From NCBI GenBank assembly GCA_041854705.1, contig JBHACV010000037.1, positions 16,749 through 80,748 on the forward strand: DNA of 64,000 bases, read 5' to 3'. This document shows, piece by piece, positions 29,775 through 42,329 of this stretch. This DNA comes from Corynebacterium sp. Its GTDB lineage: Bacteria; Actinomycetota; Actinomycetes; Mycobacteriales; Mycobacteriaceae. The notes beneath the pieces are model-generated. The model was given only the letters and a program-made list of their open reading frames with translations, was not told where the DNA came from and ran no database searches. Positions within the stretch are counted from its first letter, which is position 1, and each line of letters begins with the position of its first letter. A program made the translations under genes and the position numbers.

Positions 29775-30854
29775 ATGGCGAGCAATCAGCAGGTATCCGC
29801 GGTTGACGATATTGTCTCGGAATACCAAGGCATCGAAGCCCAAATGGCCGATCCAGAGACCATGGGCGATCAGACGCTGTTTCGCAAGCTCTCTAAACGC
29901 TATTCCGAACTCCAACCAATCATGAATGTGAATTCTCGGTTGGTACAGGCTCGGGAAGACTTGGAAGTAGCCAAAGAAATGGCCTACGAGGATTCCGAAT
30001 TCCAGGCCGAAGCTCAAGGTCTTGCAGACGAGGTTGTGGAGTTAGAAGAAAAACTCGCTGACCTGTTAGCCCCGCGGGATCCACATGATGGTGATGACAT
30101 TGTCATGGAGGTCAAGGCAGGCGCTGGTGGGGAAGAAGCCGCGCTGTTCGCTGGTGAGCTGGTGCGCATGTACCAGCGCTACGCCGACAAACATGGTTTC
30201 AGCACCGAAGTCCTCGACTTATCAGAATCTGATCTCGGTGGAGTCAAGGATATGACCTTGTCTATTCGCTCAAAGCAGCCATCACGAGATGGTGCGTGGA
30301 GTGTATTCAAGTTTGAAGGCGGTGTCCATCGCGTACAACGAGTTCCAGTGACTGAATCGCAGGGGCGAATCCAAACCTCTGCAGCTGGTGTGCTGGTTTA
30401 TCCTGAGCCCGACGAGATTGGTGCAGTGGAGATCGATGAAAAGGACCTGCGGGTCGACGTGTATCGTTCTTCTGGAAAAGGCGGCCAAGGCGTGAACACC
30501 ACCGACTCAGCGGTGCGAATCACACACCTGCCTACTGGCATTGTGGTGACCTGCCAGAAAGAACGGTCGCAGATTCAGAACAAGGCGCGTGCCATGCAGG
30601 TATTGGCCGCACGTTTGCAGGCTTTGGCAGAGGAACAAGCAGAAGCCGAAGCTGCTGAAGGCCGAGCCGCCCAGATTAGGACTCTCGATCGGTCTGAACG
30701 AATTCGGACCTATAACTGGCCAGAGAATCGGATTTCAGATCACCGGATTGGTTTTAAGGCCAATAATCTGGACTCGGTGCTCAATGGAGAGATGGATGAT
30801 CTATTCTCGGCTTTACAGGCAGCCGAACGCGCAGCTCGTTTGGAGGCCGAATAA
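29775..30854 (+). CDS. prfA: Peptide chain release factor 1
   Basis: RVQRVPVTE (PxT), [17 protein letters not shown] (GGQ). Confidence 0.97.
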   Translation: MASNQQVSAVDDIVSEYQGIEAQMADPETMGDQTLFRKLSKRYSELQPIMNVNSRLVQAREDLEVAKEMAYEDSEFQAEAQGLADEVVELEEKLADLLAPRDPHDGDDIVMEVKAGAGGEEAALFAGELVRMYQRYADKHGFSTEVLDLSESDLGGVKDMTLSIRSKQPSRDGAWSVFKFEGGVHRVQRVPVTESQGRIQTSAAGVLVYPEPDEIGAVEIDEKDLRVDVYRSSGKGGQGVNTTDSAVRITHLPTGIVVTCQKERSQIQNKARAMQVLAARLQALAEEQAEAEAAEGRAAQIRTLDRSERIRTYNWPENRISDHRIGFKANNLDSVLNGEMDDLFSALQAAERAARLEAE

Positions 30855-30858
30855 CACC

Positions 30859-31728
30859 GTGCGAGAAATCCTTCGCAAAGCCGAAGCCACCCTAGCGCAG
30901 GCAGGGGTGGCTTCGCCCCGTTATGATGCCACTCAAATCGCGGCGCATTTGCTACAGGTTGACCCATTAAGCCTAGGGCTAATGACATCTGCTGATTTCC
31001 AACCAGAGCAATTAGCACGATTTCATGCTGACTTCGATAACCTGATCGCAAGACGGGCTGCGCGCCAACCACTGCAACATATCCTTGGGTTGGCATGGTT
31101 TGGGGAACTGGAATTAAGCGTCGGCCCTGGCGTTTTTATTCCTCGACCGGAAACCGAATTGCTCGCCCAATTCACAGTGGACTTTTTACTGACTCAACCA
31201 ATGCCAGTCACGGTGATCGACCTGTGTACCGGTTCTGGGGCGATTGCTGGCTATATTGCCCATGAATTACATAAGGCTGATGTTCCAGCCCAAGTTATTG
31301 CGGTGGAACTATTTCCAGAGGCAGCTAGTTATGCACGGCGTAACTTAGCAAACCTGCCAGTGCTATTGCTCGAAGGCGATGCCACTGATCTAAGTCTGCT
31401 GGCTGCGCACGCAGGCCAATATATAGGTCACTGTGACGCGGTTATCAGTAATCCGCCTTATGTGCCAGAAACCTTAGATCTGCAACCAGAGGTCTACGCC
31501 GACCCTGCAACTGCAGTATTTTCCGGAACCACTGGTATGGATCTGATTAATCAGCTGGTTCCGGTGGCTAGCCAATTGCTACGTTCGGGCGGATTAGTTG
31601 CCATTGAACACGACGACACCACCCAAACAGAGGTAATGGCGCAATTTGACAATCATGGGTTGAAACATGTGCATGGGCATAATGACTTAGCTGGTAGACC
31701 CCGATTTGTCAGTGGGATCAAACCTTAA
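30859..31728 (+). CDS. prmC: Release factor glutamine methyltransferase
   Basis: FIPRPETE, DLCTGSGAI, SNPPY; GTG start 4 nt after the prfA stop. Confidence 0.92.
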   Translation: MREILRKAEATLAQAGVASPRYDATQIAAHLLQVDPLSLGLMTSADFQPEQLARFHADFDNLIARRAARQPLQHILGLAWFGELELSVGPGVFIPRPETELLAQFTVDFLLTQPMPVTVIDLCTGSGAIAGYIAHELHKADVPAQVIAVELFPEAASYARRNLANLPVLLLEGDATDLSLLAAHAGQYIGHCDAVISNPPYVPETLDLQPEVYADPATAVFSGTTGMDLINQLVPVASQLLRSGGLVAIEHDDTTQTEVMAQFDNHGLKHVHGHNDLAGRPRFVSGIKP

Positions 31729-31800
31729 GCGCTGTGCCTGTTAAGCTATAGACCGTTAAAACTGGGATGCACTCAAGCCACCGCAGTAAGAGAGGACATT

Positions 31801-32451
31801 GTGAGCAGAATCTACGATTGCGGTTCAGCTGAAAGCCGCCGCCTTGGGATCAAAGCGACGGTTAATGCCGTGAAATCTGGGCGACTCGTGGTCATGCCCA
31901 CTGATACCCTTTATGGGCTCGGCGCCGATGCCTTTGATAATGATGCAGTGGCGCGACTATTGAAAACCAAGCAACGTGGGCCAGACATGCCAGTTCCAGT
32001 TTTGGTGGGCAGCTGGGAAACCGCGCGTGGCTTGGTGCACAGTTACGACGAAAGGTTACGCACTTTAATTGAGGCATTTTGGCCCGGCGCGCTATCAATT
32101 GTGGTGCCACAAGCTCCATCATTAATGTGGAACTTAGGCGATACTCGCGGCACTGTTATGCTGCGGATGCCGCTGCATCCGGTGGCTATTGAAGTATTAC
32201 GGGAAACCGGTCCCATGGCTGTGTCCAGTGCTAATATTTCTGGTCAACCGCCAGCGACTACCGCGGCGATGGCAAAAGAACAGCTTGGCACCGCGGTCAG
32301 TGCGTATCTTGATGGTGGGGAATGCACCGATGGGGTTGCTTCTTCGATCATTGATCTTTCGGGGAGTACCCCTAAATTGCTACGTGAAGGTGGGATCACT
32401 GCTGAGCGGATAGCTGAAGTACTGGGTATTAATGTGGAAAGCTTGCGCTAA
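31801..32451 (+). CDS. tsaC: L-threonylcarbamoyladenylate synthase (TsaC/Sua5)
   Basis: PTDTLYGL, K.RGPDMP, FWPGALS, SSANISG. Confidence 0.92.
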   Translation: MSRIYDCGSAESRRLGIKATVNAVKSGRLVVMPTDTLYGLGADAFDNDAVARLLKTKQRGPDMPVPVLVGSWETARGLVHSYDERLRTLIEAFWPGALSIVVPQAPSLMWNLGDTRGTVMLRMPLHPVAIEVLRETGPMAVSSANISGQPPATTAAMAKEQLGTAVSAYLDGGECTDGVASSIIDLSGSTPKLLREGGITAERIAEVLGINVESLR

Positions 32452-33644
32452 TGGGATCAGGTGTAGCTGGTGTGCCGCTTCGGGAGCTGGGGCTGATTGT
32501 CTTGGTTGCTGCGGCATTGACCTATCTCACCACCGGAATTGTTCGTCATGCTATGGTCAGTTCGGGTCGGATGGGGGAAATCCGAGAACGTGATGTTCAC
32601 ACTATTCCTAAGCCACGTCTTGGTGGGGCAGCGATGTTTTCTGGGTTTTTGGGGGCGGTGTTTCTCGCCGCCCAACTTCCGGCGTTAACTCGTGGGTTTG
32701 CCCCAGTTACTCCAGAAATGACGGCAGTAATGTGGGCTGCCTTTGTCATTGTTATGGTGGGGATTCTTGATGATTTACTGGAGTTGGATGCCATAACTAA
32801 ACTGGTTGGCCAAGTTGTTGGGGCTTTGGTGATGAGTTTGATGGGCTTGAACTGGTCAATGGTGTATGTGCCCTTTGGGGAGGGGTCGACTTATCTTTTG
32901 GATCAATCGTGGTCGGTGATATTTACTGTCATCTTGACGGTTGCATTGATTAATGCGGTGAATTTCGTTGATGGTCTTGATGGTTTGGCTGCAGGGGTGG
33001 GAATGATTGGTGGTGGGGCATTATTGATTTTCTCCCTGACCATTCTGCACGATCAAGGCGGCATGGTTTCTGCCTATCCACCAGCGATTATTGCTGCTGG
33101 GTTGGTGGGAATGTGTCTTGGGTTTTTGCCGCATAATTTTGAACCAGCGCGAATTTTTATGGGGGATTCTGGTTCCATGCTGATTGGGTTGCTGTTGGCG
33201 GCTGCCTCTACTTCGGCGAGTGGCAAGATCAATATGAGTTTGTATGGCACCAGTGATTTGGTGGCGTTGATGTCGCCTATGTTGGTGGTGATTGCGGCGG
33301 TTTTTGTGCCGGTTTTGGACTTGGTTATGGCGGTGGTTCGTCGGGTTTCTAAAGGTCAAAGTCCTTTTAGTGCGGATAAGATGCATTTGCATCACCGGTT
33401 GCTGTCGCTTGGGCATACTCATCGCCGGGTGGTGTTGTTGTTGTATTTGTGGGTTTCGGTTGTGGCCTTTGGTGCGGTGAGTTTTTCCATTGTGCCGTCG
33501 GCGGCTGCTGGGACGTTGTCGGTGGTGGCAATGATTGGTGCGGCACTTGCTTCTCGTGGGCCAGTGCAGCGTGCGCGGGAAGAAAAACCACCACCAGTGG
33601 TGAAGGTCATTAAGCAGCGATCGCCAGATAGCAGGCCGAAGTAG
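32451..33644 (+). CDS. wecA: UDP-GlcNAc:decaprenyl-phosphate GlcNAc-1-P transferase (WecA/Rfe)
   Basis: GILDD, NAVNFVDGLDGL, FMGDSG, DKMHLHHRL; TAATG overlap with tsaC. Confidence 0.92.
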   Translation: MGSGVAGVPLRELGLIVLVAAALTYLTTGIVRHAMVSSGRMGEIRERDVHTIPKPRLGGAAMFSGFLGAVFLAAQLPALTRGFAPVTPEMTAVMWAAFVIVMVGILDDLLELDAITKLVGQVVGALVMSLMGLNWSMVYVPFGEGSTYLLDQSWSVIFTVILTVALINAVNFVDGLDGLAAGVGMIGGGALLIFSLTILHDQGGMVSAYPPAIIAAGLVGMCLGFLPHNFEPARIFMGDSGSMLIGLLLAAASTSASGKINMSLYGTSDLVALMSPMLVVIAAVFVPVLDLVMAVVRRVSKGQSPFSADKMHLHHRLLSLGHTHRRVVLLLYLWVSVVAFGAVSFSIVPSAAAGTLSVVAMIGAALASRGPVQRAREEKPPPVVKVIKQRSPDSRPK

Positions 33645-33736
33645 TGTGTGATTGCGTTGCGGTGTTTTAGATGTTTTCAGCGTCGTAACGCGGTGGTGTG
33701 GCATTAAGTGTGTCTGGTTGGGTAGGATTCCCGGAT

Positions 33737-34201
33737 GTGACTAACGAATCCGTCTCCCCATCTGATAATGACACTGGTGTAGCCAACGTTGGCCTCTCGG
33801 AATTTGATGATCACCGACGGCCTTTGCTTCGCGCTGGCAAGTTTGGCAGTATCGCGTTGGTGATTTTGACTGTTGTCTCGCTTGCGATTTGGGGCGCAGT
33901 GCGTGATTTGCCTGGGATTTGGGGAGTGTTGCTTGGTGCTGCCATTGGTGGTGGCTTTGTATTGTTGACGGTTCTTAGTGTGCTGATTACCTCTGGCACT
34001 AATGCTGCTACGACTGGTGCGGTGGTCCTTGGTGGTTGGCTGCTGAAAATTGTATTGGTTTTTATCGTGTTGTATTTCATCCGCGATATGGATTTCTATG
34101 ATCCAATCGCGTTGTTCGTTACGGTGGTCGTGGCGTTGGTCGTGGTGTTGGGTACTGAAGTGTATGGGGTTGTTACCTCAAAAGTGACCTACGTTTCCTA
34201 A
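33737..34201 (+). CDS. AtpI-like membrane protein (Rv1303 family)
   Basis: Four TM segments, GGWLLK motif, position between wecA and atpB; start uncertain (33698 or 33737). Confidence 0.75.
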   Translation: MTNESVSPSDNDTGVANVGLSEFDDHRRPLLRAGKFGSIALVILTVVSLAIWGAVRDLPGIWGVLLGAAIGGGFVLLTVLSVLITSGTNAATTGAVVLGGWLLKIVLVFIVLYFIRDMDFYDPIALFVTVVVALVVVLGTEVYGVVTSKVTYVS

Positions 34202-34632
34202 AGTTGGGGTTACGGCAGTAACTTTGTGCATAAAATTGCTATCAGCCGCATAGAATCTGATTCATGTGAGGTATTGGTGGACCCCAATTTGGTGGAGGGG
34301 GCTGAACAATAACCTCAATAGTTGAATGCGATGGCTGTGTGTTGATACTTCGGTTTCTTGTGGTTGGGTGCGGGGAACCTTGGTGTGGGGTTTGGCCGAT
34401 TCGGTGTAATGAATGTGGGAATTATGGGGGTAATAATTTCTGATTTGTGGGGTGTAAATTGCCCCATTGGGCTGGGGTGGGGGTCAATAAAATGGTGGGG
34501 GAATGGCTGTGGCCTTGGTCTTCTATGGGAAATGTGGGTGGGTGGATGGTGTTTGTGGCTTTATTGTGGGCAATAGTGGTTCGGGGTAACTTTAATGAAA
34601 AAGAGGGGTAAAAAATTACCCCCATTTGGTTT

Positions 34633-34648
34633 TGTGACTGAGCTTACA
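34633..34648. promoter_or_regulatory. Putative GlxR (CRP-family) site upstream of atpB
   Basis: TGTGA-ctgagc-TTACA, one mismatch to TGTGA-N6-TCACA. Confidence 0.6.
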
Positions 34649-34921
34649 GTATGGCGTAAATCCCTGTTCAGTGGGGGTAGCGAGAGGTGATGTGCGGCGG
34701 GGGTAAAACAGGCAGGAAAACTGGTGGGAAAACTTGGGTTTAGCCTGCTAGTCTAATCGGTGGGTTTATTGGAATAGCCAAGCCTTGTGGTTTATTCCTC
34801 AATTTGTCCCCTGTGATCACCGTGCTGATGTGCGACGGAGTCCATGGTGATTGCAGAGAGTTTATAGACGTCCATCGCACCGCAACTTGCATGAGCTGCG
34901 GCCCGAACACGGGAGAGAACG

Positions 34922-35728
34922 CTGAGCGTTACAACACTGTCCTTCAAAGGTGAATTTCATGCACCTTCGCTGGACCACGAATTTTTCCCGGATGCCATCT
35001 GGTTCGCTGATGTAGCGAACGGCTGGTTCACAATCGACCGTCTGATGTTCGTCCGCCTGTTGATGGCGGCAGTTTTGGCCATTTTCTTCCTCGTAGCAAT
35101 GCGCAAGCCCAAGGTTGTTCCGACTGGGCTGCAAAACGTCGGTGAGATCCTGTTGGATTTTGTGCGCATTAATATTGCAGAAGAAATTCTCGGTAAGAAG
35201 GAGGGGCGCCGATTCTTACCAGTGTTGGCCACCATCTTCTTCGTTGTTCTATTCATGAACCTGCCGTCGGTCATTCCGTTTCTCAATATCTCGCCCAACG
35301 CACGCATTGGTATGCCGTTGGTCTTGGCATTGTTCGGATATTTTGCCTTCATCTACGCAGGTGCAAAGCGATATGGCTTCTTTAACTATGTGAGAAGCTC
35401 GGTGGTTATTCCAAATCTGCCGCTGCCGCTACACATTTTGGTCATTCCGCTGGAGATCCTCTCCACGTTCATCCTGCGCCCTGCCACTTTGACTGTCCGT
35501 CTTATGGCAAACATGCTCGTTGGACACATCATCTTGGTCCTGCTGTTTTCTGCTACGAACTTCTTCTTCTGGCAGTTCAACGGTTGGACTGCTTTGTCTG
35601 CACTTACCTTGGCTGCAGGCGTTGCGTTCACACTCTTCGAATTGTTGGTCATTTTCCTCCAAGCGTATATTTTCGCCTTGCTGGTGGCTGTATACATCGA
35701 ATTGTCGTTGCACGCAGACGAACACTGA
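34922..35728 (+). CDS. atpB: ATP synthase F0 subunit a, probable CTG start
   Basis: LTVRLMANMLVGH, QAYIFALL; frame extends upstream of ATG 35045 to CTG 34922 (LSVTTLSFKGEFHAP) behind a GGAGAG RBS. Confidence 0.9.
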   Translation: MSVTTLSFKGEFHAPSLDHEFFPDAIWFADVANGWFTIDRLMFVRLLMAAVLAIFFLVAMRKPKVVPTGLQNVGEILLDFVRINIAEEILGKKEGRRFLPVLATIFFVVLFMNLPSVIPFLNISPNARIGMPLVLALFGYFAFIYAGAKRYGFFNYVRSSVVIPNLPLPLHILVIPLEILSTFILRPATLTVRLMANMLVGHIILVLLFSATNFFFWQFNGWTALSALTLAAGVAFTLFELLVIFLQAYIFALLVAVYIELSLHADEH

Positions 35729-35810
35729 CCTTTGTGCATCCACTCGGATCACCAAGTCTTGTACAAAACAAAACTCACCGCCTGACCTGCCAATCAGATC
35801 AGGTAACTAG

Positions 35811-36071
<261 letters not shown>

Positions 36072-36102
36072 GAACCCAACGACACACGAAAGCAAGAGAT
36101 TC

Positions 36103-36675
36103 ATGACGAACGTCATCAACATTCTGGCTGCAGGGGAAGGTGAAGCCCTGCCATTGGAGGGCTCTAATAGCGTCCTCCTCCCAGCCAACTACGACATCGT
36201 CTGGTCCCTCGTTGTGCTCGTTGTTATTGGGCTTCTTTTCTGGAAGCTCGTTCTCCCGAAGTTCCAGGAAGTCCTGACCGAGCGTGAGGACCGGATCAAG
36301 GGCGGCATTCAGCGCGCAGAAGCTGCGCAAGCTGAAGCTAAAGCTGCACTTGAGAAGTACAATGCTCAGCTCGCTGAAGCCCGCGCCGAAGCAGCCGAAA
36401 TTCGCGAAGAAGCCCGCGCAAAGGGCAAGCAGATTGAAGCTGAAATGAAGGCAAAGGCCTCCGAGGAGAGCGCCCGCATCATTGAGTCTGGTGAGAAGCA
36501 GCTACAAGCTCAGCGTGAGCTGGTTGTGGAAGAGCTTCGCCGCGAGATGGGTCAAAACGCCATCAACCTTGCTGAGCGCCTCATGGGTGAGCAGCTGTCC
36601 GAGAGCGTCAAACGCTCTGGCACCATTGATCGCTTCTTGGCCGACCTCGACACCGTCTCCCCGGCAGGAAAGTAG
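36103..36675 (+). CDS. atpF: ATP synthase F0 subunit b
   Basis: N-terminal TM then coiled coil [14 protein letters not shown]; start placed at MTNVIN. Confidence 0.93.
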   Translation: MTNVINILAAGEGEALPLEGSNSVLLPANYDIVWSLVVLVVIGLLFWKLVLPKFQEVLTEREDRIKGGIQRAEAAQAEAKAALEKYNAQLAEARAEAAEIREEARAKGKQIEAEMKAKASEESARIIESGEKQLQAQRELVVEELRREMGQNAINLAERLMGEQLSESVKRSGTIDRFLADLDTVSPAGK

Positions 36676-36680
36676 GCACC

Positions 36681-37499
36681 ATGCACGCAGCAAGCCGCGA
36701 CGCACTAGCACTCGTCTCTGAGTACCTCGATAGCGCATTGGGCAAAGGGGATCAGGCTGTAGCTGTTGCTGCTCAGACAGGCGCTGAGCTCTTCGACATC
36801 GTTGACACCCTCGACGCGGACCGCTCCTTGCGGATCGCTGTTGCGGATTCATCGCTTGCCGCTATACAGCGTGCTGGTCTGGTATCTGCTGTGTTCGCCG
36901 AAAAGGTCTCCCAGTTCACCCTCGACTTGCTGGTTTTCGCAGCTCGTCAAGTGTGGTCCACCCCGCGGGAATTCCGCGCTGGTTTGGTTATTCTGGGACG
37001 CCGTGCACTTCTGCGCTCTGCTGAGCAGCAGGGTCAACTCCTACAGGTTGAAGAAGAACTTTTTCACCTGTCCCGTCTTTTAAACAAGGAAGCACAGTTG
37101 ACTTTGCGTCTCGACGATCGCAGCGCGGATCGTGCCGCTAGGTGCGACCTGTTGGCGAAGGTGCTCTATGGGAAGGTCACAGCAGTGACCGAAGCCCTTG
37201 CACTCCAAGTCATTGGCCGCCGCGAAAATAACGCCATCGACGACATCAATGCTGTATCAAAGTATGCAGCTTCCCTTCGGGGGCGTGAGGTCGCCTATGT
37301 TATTACCGCAGCGCCACTAAGTGACTCGCAGAACCAGACACTGGCCGAAAAGTTAGAGCGCATTTATGGTCGTGCGATGAGCATCCACTCTGAGGTTGAT
37401 CCCAGCCTCCTCGGTGGATTGACCATCCGAGTCGGCGACGAAATCATCGACGGCAGCACTTCGGGCAAGCTTGCTCGGCTGCGCGGGAACCTCGTCTAA
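36681..37499 (+). CDS. atpH: ATP synthase F1 subunit delta
   Basis: [21 protein letters not shown]. Confidence 0.94.
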   Translation: MHAASRDALALVSEYLDSALGKGDQAVAVAAQTGAELFDIVDTLDADRSLRIAVADSSLAAIQRAGLVSAVFAEKVSQFTLDLLVFAARQVWSTPREFRAGLVILGRRALLRSAEQQGQLLQVEEELFHLSRLLNKEAQLTLRLDDRSADRAARCDLLAKVLYGKVTAVTEALALQVIGRRENNAIDDINAVSKYAASLRGREVAYVITAAPLSDSQNQTLAEKLERIYGRAMSIHSEVDPSLLGGLTIRVGDEIIDGSTSGKLARLRGNLV

Positions 37500-37557
37500 G
37501 GCGCGACAAACATTATTCAAGAAATTGCTGGAAGAAACTACCGAGAGCAGGAAGAAC

Positions 37558-39186
37558 ATGGCGGAGCTTACGATCTCCTCCGATGAGATCCGTAGCGCGA
37601 TTGCGAACTACACCTCGAGCTACTCCGCGGAGGCCTCCCGTGAGGAGGTCGGCGTGGTCATTTCCACAGCTGATGGTATTGCCCAGGTATCTGGCCTCCC
37701 ATCTGTTATGGCTAATGAGCTGCTCGAGTTCCCCGGCGGCGTTATCGGCGTCGCACAGAACCTCGATACCGACCGAGTCGGTGTGGTGGTTCTGGGTAAC
37801 TACGAGACCTTAAAAGAAGGCGATGAAGTCAAGAGGACCGGTGAGGTTCTCTCCATCCCGGTCGGCGACAAGTTCCTCGGCCGCGTCATCAATCCATTGG
37901 GTCAGCCCATCGACGGATTGGGCGCCATCGAAGCAGAAGAGGACCGTGTCCTCGAATTACAGGCACCCTCAGTGCTGCAGCGTCAGCCCGTTGGCGAACC
38001 AATGCAGACTGGTATCAAGGCGATTGACGCTATGACCCCCATCGGTCGCGGACAGCGTCAGCTGATCATCGGTGACCGCAAGACCGGTAAGACTGCGGTC
38101 TGCATTGATACCATCCTGAATCAGAAGGCAAACTGGGAATCAGGCGATAAGTCCAAGCAGGTGCGATGCATCTACGTGGCTATTGGTCAGAAAGGTTCCA
38201 CCATTGCCGGTGTGCGTCGCACTCTCGAAGAGCACGGCGCCTTGGAATACACCACTATTGTGGCTGCACCAGCATCCGATTCCGCTGGCTTCAAGTGGCT
38301 TGCACCGTTTGCTGGTGCTGCTTTAGGCCAGCACTGGATGTACCAGGGAAATCACGTTTTGGTGATCTATGATGATCTGACCAAGCAGGCTGAGGCTTAT
38401 CGTGCCATCTCCCTGTTGCTGCGCCGCCCACCAGGCCGCGAAGCTTATCCAGGTGACGTCTTCTACCTCCACTCCCGTCTGTTAGAGCGTGCTGCAAAGC
38501 TTTCCGACGACATGGGTGCAGGTTCCATGACCGCGCTACCAATCATCGAAACCAAGGCTAACGACGTCTCCGCCTTCATCCCGACCAACGTGATTTCTAT
38601 TACCGACGGTCAGGTCTTCCTAGAGTCCGATCTGTTCAACCAAGGTGTGCGTCCCGCCATCAACGTGGGTGTTTCGGTTTCCCGTGTGGGTGGTGCTGCT
38701 CAGACCAAGGGCATGAAGAAGGTGTCTGGTTCGCTGCGTTTGGATCTCGCTGCATATCGCGATCTGGAAGCATTCGCTACCTTCGCATCTGACCTTGATC
38801 CAGCTTCCAAAGCTCAGTTGGACCGAGGCGCCCGGCTGGTCGAACTGCTCAAGCAGGCTGAGAACTCTCCGCAGTCCGTCGAACATCAGATCATCTCAAT
38901 CTGGCTCGCTGGCGAGGGTGTTTTCGACAACGTTCCCGTCGAGGACATCCGCCGGTTTGAGGCAGAATTGCACGATCACCTGCGGAGCGCAGCACCTGAG
39001 GTTTATACCCAGATCGCTGGCGGCGCTCAGCTGTCAGAGGAATCTCAGAATACCCTCTTGGCACAGACCGAAGAGTTCAAGCAATCCTTCCAGACTTCTG
39101 ACGGACAAATTGTCATCAACGAGCCAGAGGTAGACGCCCTGCCCGCTGAGCACGTCAGGAAGCAAACGCTGACGGTCAAGAAGTAA
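37558..39186 (+). CDS. atpA: ATP synthase F1 subunit alpha
   Basis: [29 protein letters not shown]. Confidence 0.97.
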   Translation: MAELTISSDEIRSAIANYTSSYSAEASREEVGVVISTADGIAQVSGLPSVMANELLEFPGGVIGVAQNLDTDRVGVVVLGNYETLKEGDEVKRTGEVLSIPVGDKFLGRVINPLGQPIDGLGAIEAEEDRVLELQAPSVLQRQPVGEPMQTGIKAIDAMTPIGRGQRQLIIGDRKTGKTAVCIDTILNQKANWESGDKSKQVRCIYVAIGQKGSTIAGVRRTLEEHGALEYTTIVAAPASDSAGFKWLAPFAGAALGQHWMYQGNHVLVIYDDLTKQAEAYRAISLLLRRPPGREAYPGDVFYLHSRLLERAAKLSDDMGAGSMTALPIIETKANDVSAFIPTNVISITDGQVFLESDLFNQGVRPAINVGVSVSRVGGAAQTKGMKKVSGSLRLDLAAYRDLEAFATFASDLDPASKAQLDRGARLVELLKQAENSPQSVEHQIISIWLAGEGVFDNVPVEDIRRFEAELHDHLRSAAPEVYTQIAGGAQLSEESQNTLLAQTEEFKQSFQTSDGQIVINEPEVDALPAEHVRKQTLTVKK

Positions 39187-39244
39187 TCAGTGAAAGCTCA
39201 TTACCTTATGACCCAGCAAAGAACAGGAAGGAGGCGTTTAACCA

Positions 39245-40222
39245 ATGGCTAGTCTTCGCGAACTACGCAACCGGATCCGTTCGGTCAACTCGACGAAGAA
39301 GATCACAAAGGCCCAAGAGCTGATTGCGACTTCGCGCATCACCAAGGCTCAGGCTCGGGTGGAGGCTTCACAGCCCTACGCCACCGAAATCCACGATGTG
39401 ATGGAACGTCTGGCCTCGGCGAGCTCTCTCGACCATCCCATGCTCCACGAGCGGGAAAATGCGAAGCGTGCTGCGGTACTGGTTATTTCCAGTGACCGAG
39501 GCATGTGTGGTGGCTATAACTACAACGTTTTCAAGAAGGCAGCTGAGCTGGAGAAACTTCTTGAAGAAAGCGGTTATGAAGTCGTCCGATATGTCACCGG
39601 CAACAAAGCTGTAGGATATTACAACTTCCGCGGCGGCAAGTTCGCTGGTGCATGGACCGGATTTTCCCAGGATCCCGATTGGGTGGAAACCCACGATGTG
39701 CGGCACCACTTGATTGATGGATTCCTTGCCGGTTCCGATGGAACCGCAAAATATCGGGAAGGCCTGACCACTGAGGAAGGCCAAGCGGTTCAAGGATTCG
39801 ACTCGGTGCATGTTGTCTACACCGATTTTGAGTCCATGCTGACCCAAACGCCGCGCGTGCATCAACTATTGCCGATCGAACCGGTCATTGAGACCGCTGA
39901 GATTCGCAAGGGCGAGGGCATTTTGGACAAGGTCGAAAACCCAGAGCCAGATTACGACTTCGAGCCAGATGCTGACACCCTCATGGACGCCTTGCTGCCG
40001 AAGTATGTCTCACGCAGTTTGTTTGCCTTATTTCTTGAGTCTTCGGCTTCGGAATCAGCCTCGCGTCGCAATGCAATGAAGTCTGCTACTGACAATGCTA
40101 CGGAATTGGTTAAGGACCTGTCCCGGGTGGCCAACCAAGCACGTCAGGCACAGATCACCCAGGAAATCACAGAGATTGTCGGTGGCGCTGGCGCGCTCGC
40201 CGAAAGCGGAGAAAGTGACTAG
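39245..40222 (+). CDS. atpG: ATP synthase F1 subunit gamma
   Basis: SDRGMCG, RQAQITQEITEIVGGA. Confidence 0.97.
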   Translation: MASLRELRNRIRSVNSTKKITKAQELIATSRITKAQARVEASQPYATEIHDVMERLASASSLDHPMLHERENAKRAAVLVISSDRGMCGGYNYNVFKKAAELEKLLEESGYEVVRYVTGNKAVGYYNFRGGKFAGAWTGFSQDPDWVETHDVRHHLIDGFLAGSDGTAKYREGLTTEEGQAVQGFDSVHVVYTDFESMLTQTPRVHQLLPIEPVIETAEIRKGEGILDKVENPEPDYDFEPDADTLMDALLPKYVSRSLFALFLESSASESASRRNAMKSATDNATELVKDLSRVANQARQAQITQEITEIVGGAGALAESGESD

Positions 40223-41671
<1,449 letters not shown>

Positions 41672-41684
41672 AAAGGCGCGCACA

Positions 41685-42056
41685 ATGGCTTCGATCACCG
41701 TGGAATTGGTTTCCGTGGAACGTATGTTGTGGGAAGGTTCTGCAACCATCGTTACCGCTGAAACCATCGAAGGTGAGATCGGCGTGCTGCCTGGCCATGA
41801 GCCATTTTTAGGCCAATTGGTTGAAAATGGCGTCGTGACCATTCGTCCGGAAGACGGCAAGAAACTCGTTGCCGCAGTTCATGGCGGGTTCGTCTCCGTT
41901 TCTAAGGGGAAAGTGACCATTCTTGCCGATTACGCAATCTGGGCCGATGAGGTTGACGCCTCCGAGGCCGAGGCGGATCTGCGGGCCAATGATGAACGGT
42001 CGAAGGCGCTCGCTGAGGCCGGCCTGAAGGCAATTCGCCGTAACGCCGAGTCTTAA
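41685..42056 (+). CDS. atpC: ATP synthase F1 subunit epsilon
   Basis: [19 protein letters not shown]. Confidence 0.95.
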   Translation: MASITVELVSVERMLWEGSATIVTAETIEGEIGVLPGHEPFLGQLVENGVVTIRPEDGKKLVAAVHGGFVSVSKGKVTILADYAIWADEVDASEAEADLRANDERSKALAEAGLKAIRRNAES

Positions 42057-42070
42057 ACCACCAAGCATCA

Positions 42071-42093
42071 CCCCGAGGGTAACCCCCTCGGGG
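42071..42093 (+). terminator. Terminator of the atp operon
   Basis: CCCCGAGGG-taacc-CCCTCGGGG followed by ctttgtcatttt. Confidence 0.7.
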
Positions 42094-42117
42094 CTTTGTC
42101 ATTTTCAAGCAAATCTT

Positions 42118-42329
42118 GGATTCTAGGGGTCGTGGAAACACCTGACCAGAGGTTGGTGTGTTGTGGATTCTTATTGGGATTCTGGTTCTGCTCTTGTGGA
42201 GCGGTTTTGTGAGTTGGTTCGGGCTAGTTCTTCGGTTCGGGCGGCGGCTTGCGATGTGGAGTTGTCGTTGTCGGTGGCGTACCGGTTTGCGCATGAATTT
42301 GGGTTGCCCTTGCGTGGAGGTACTCGAAC
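42118..42329 (+). mobile_element. Truncated insertion-sequence remnant (probably IS30 family: left end plus N-terminal HTH)
   Basis: IR-like end GGATTCTAGGGGTCGTGGAAACAC, then ORF from 42163 with HTH-like FCELVRASSSVRAAACDVELSLSVAYRF that breaks off after about 55 codons; family call is from memory of IS30-type ends. Confidence 0.5.

Noticed and set aside
33021-33704. 227-aa His/Arg/Gln-rich ORF on the - strand
   Set aside because: Antisense shadow of the G/T-rich hydrophobic codons of wecA
34358-34625. ORFs 34358..34576 (+) and 34422..34625 (-) in the atpI-atpB gap
   Set aside because: G/W-rich or P/T-rich composition is explained by the G-tracts; no RBS
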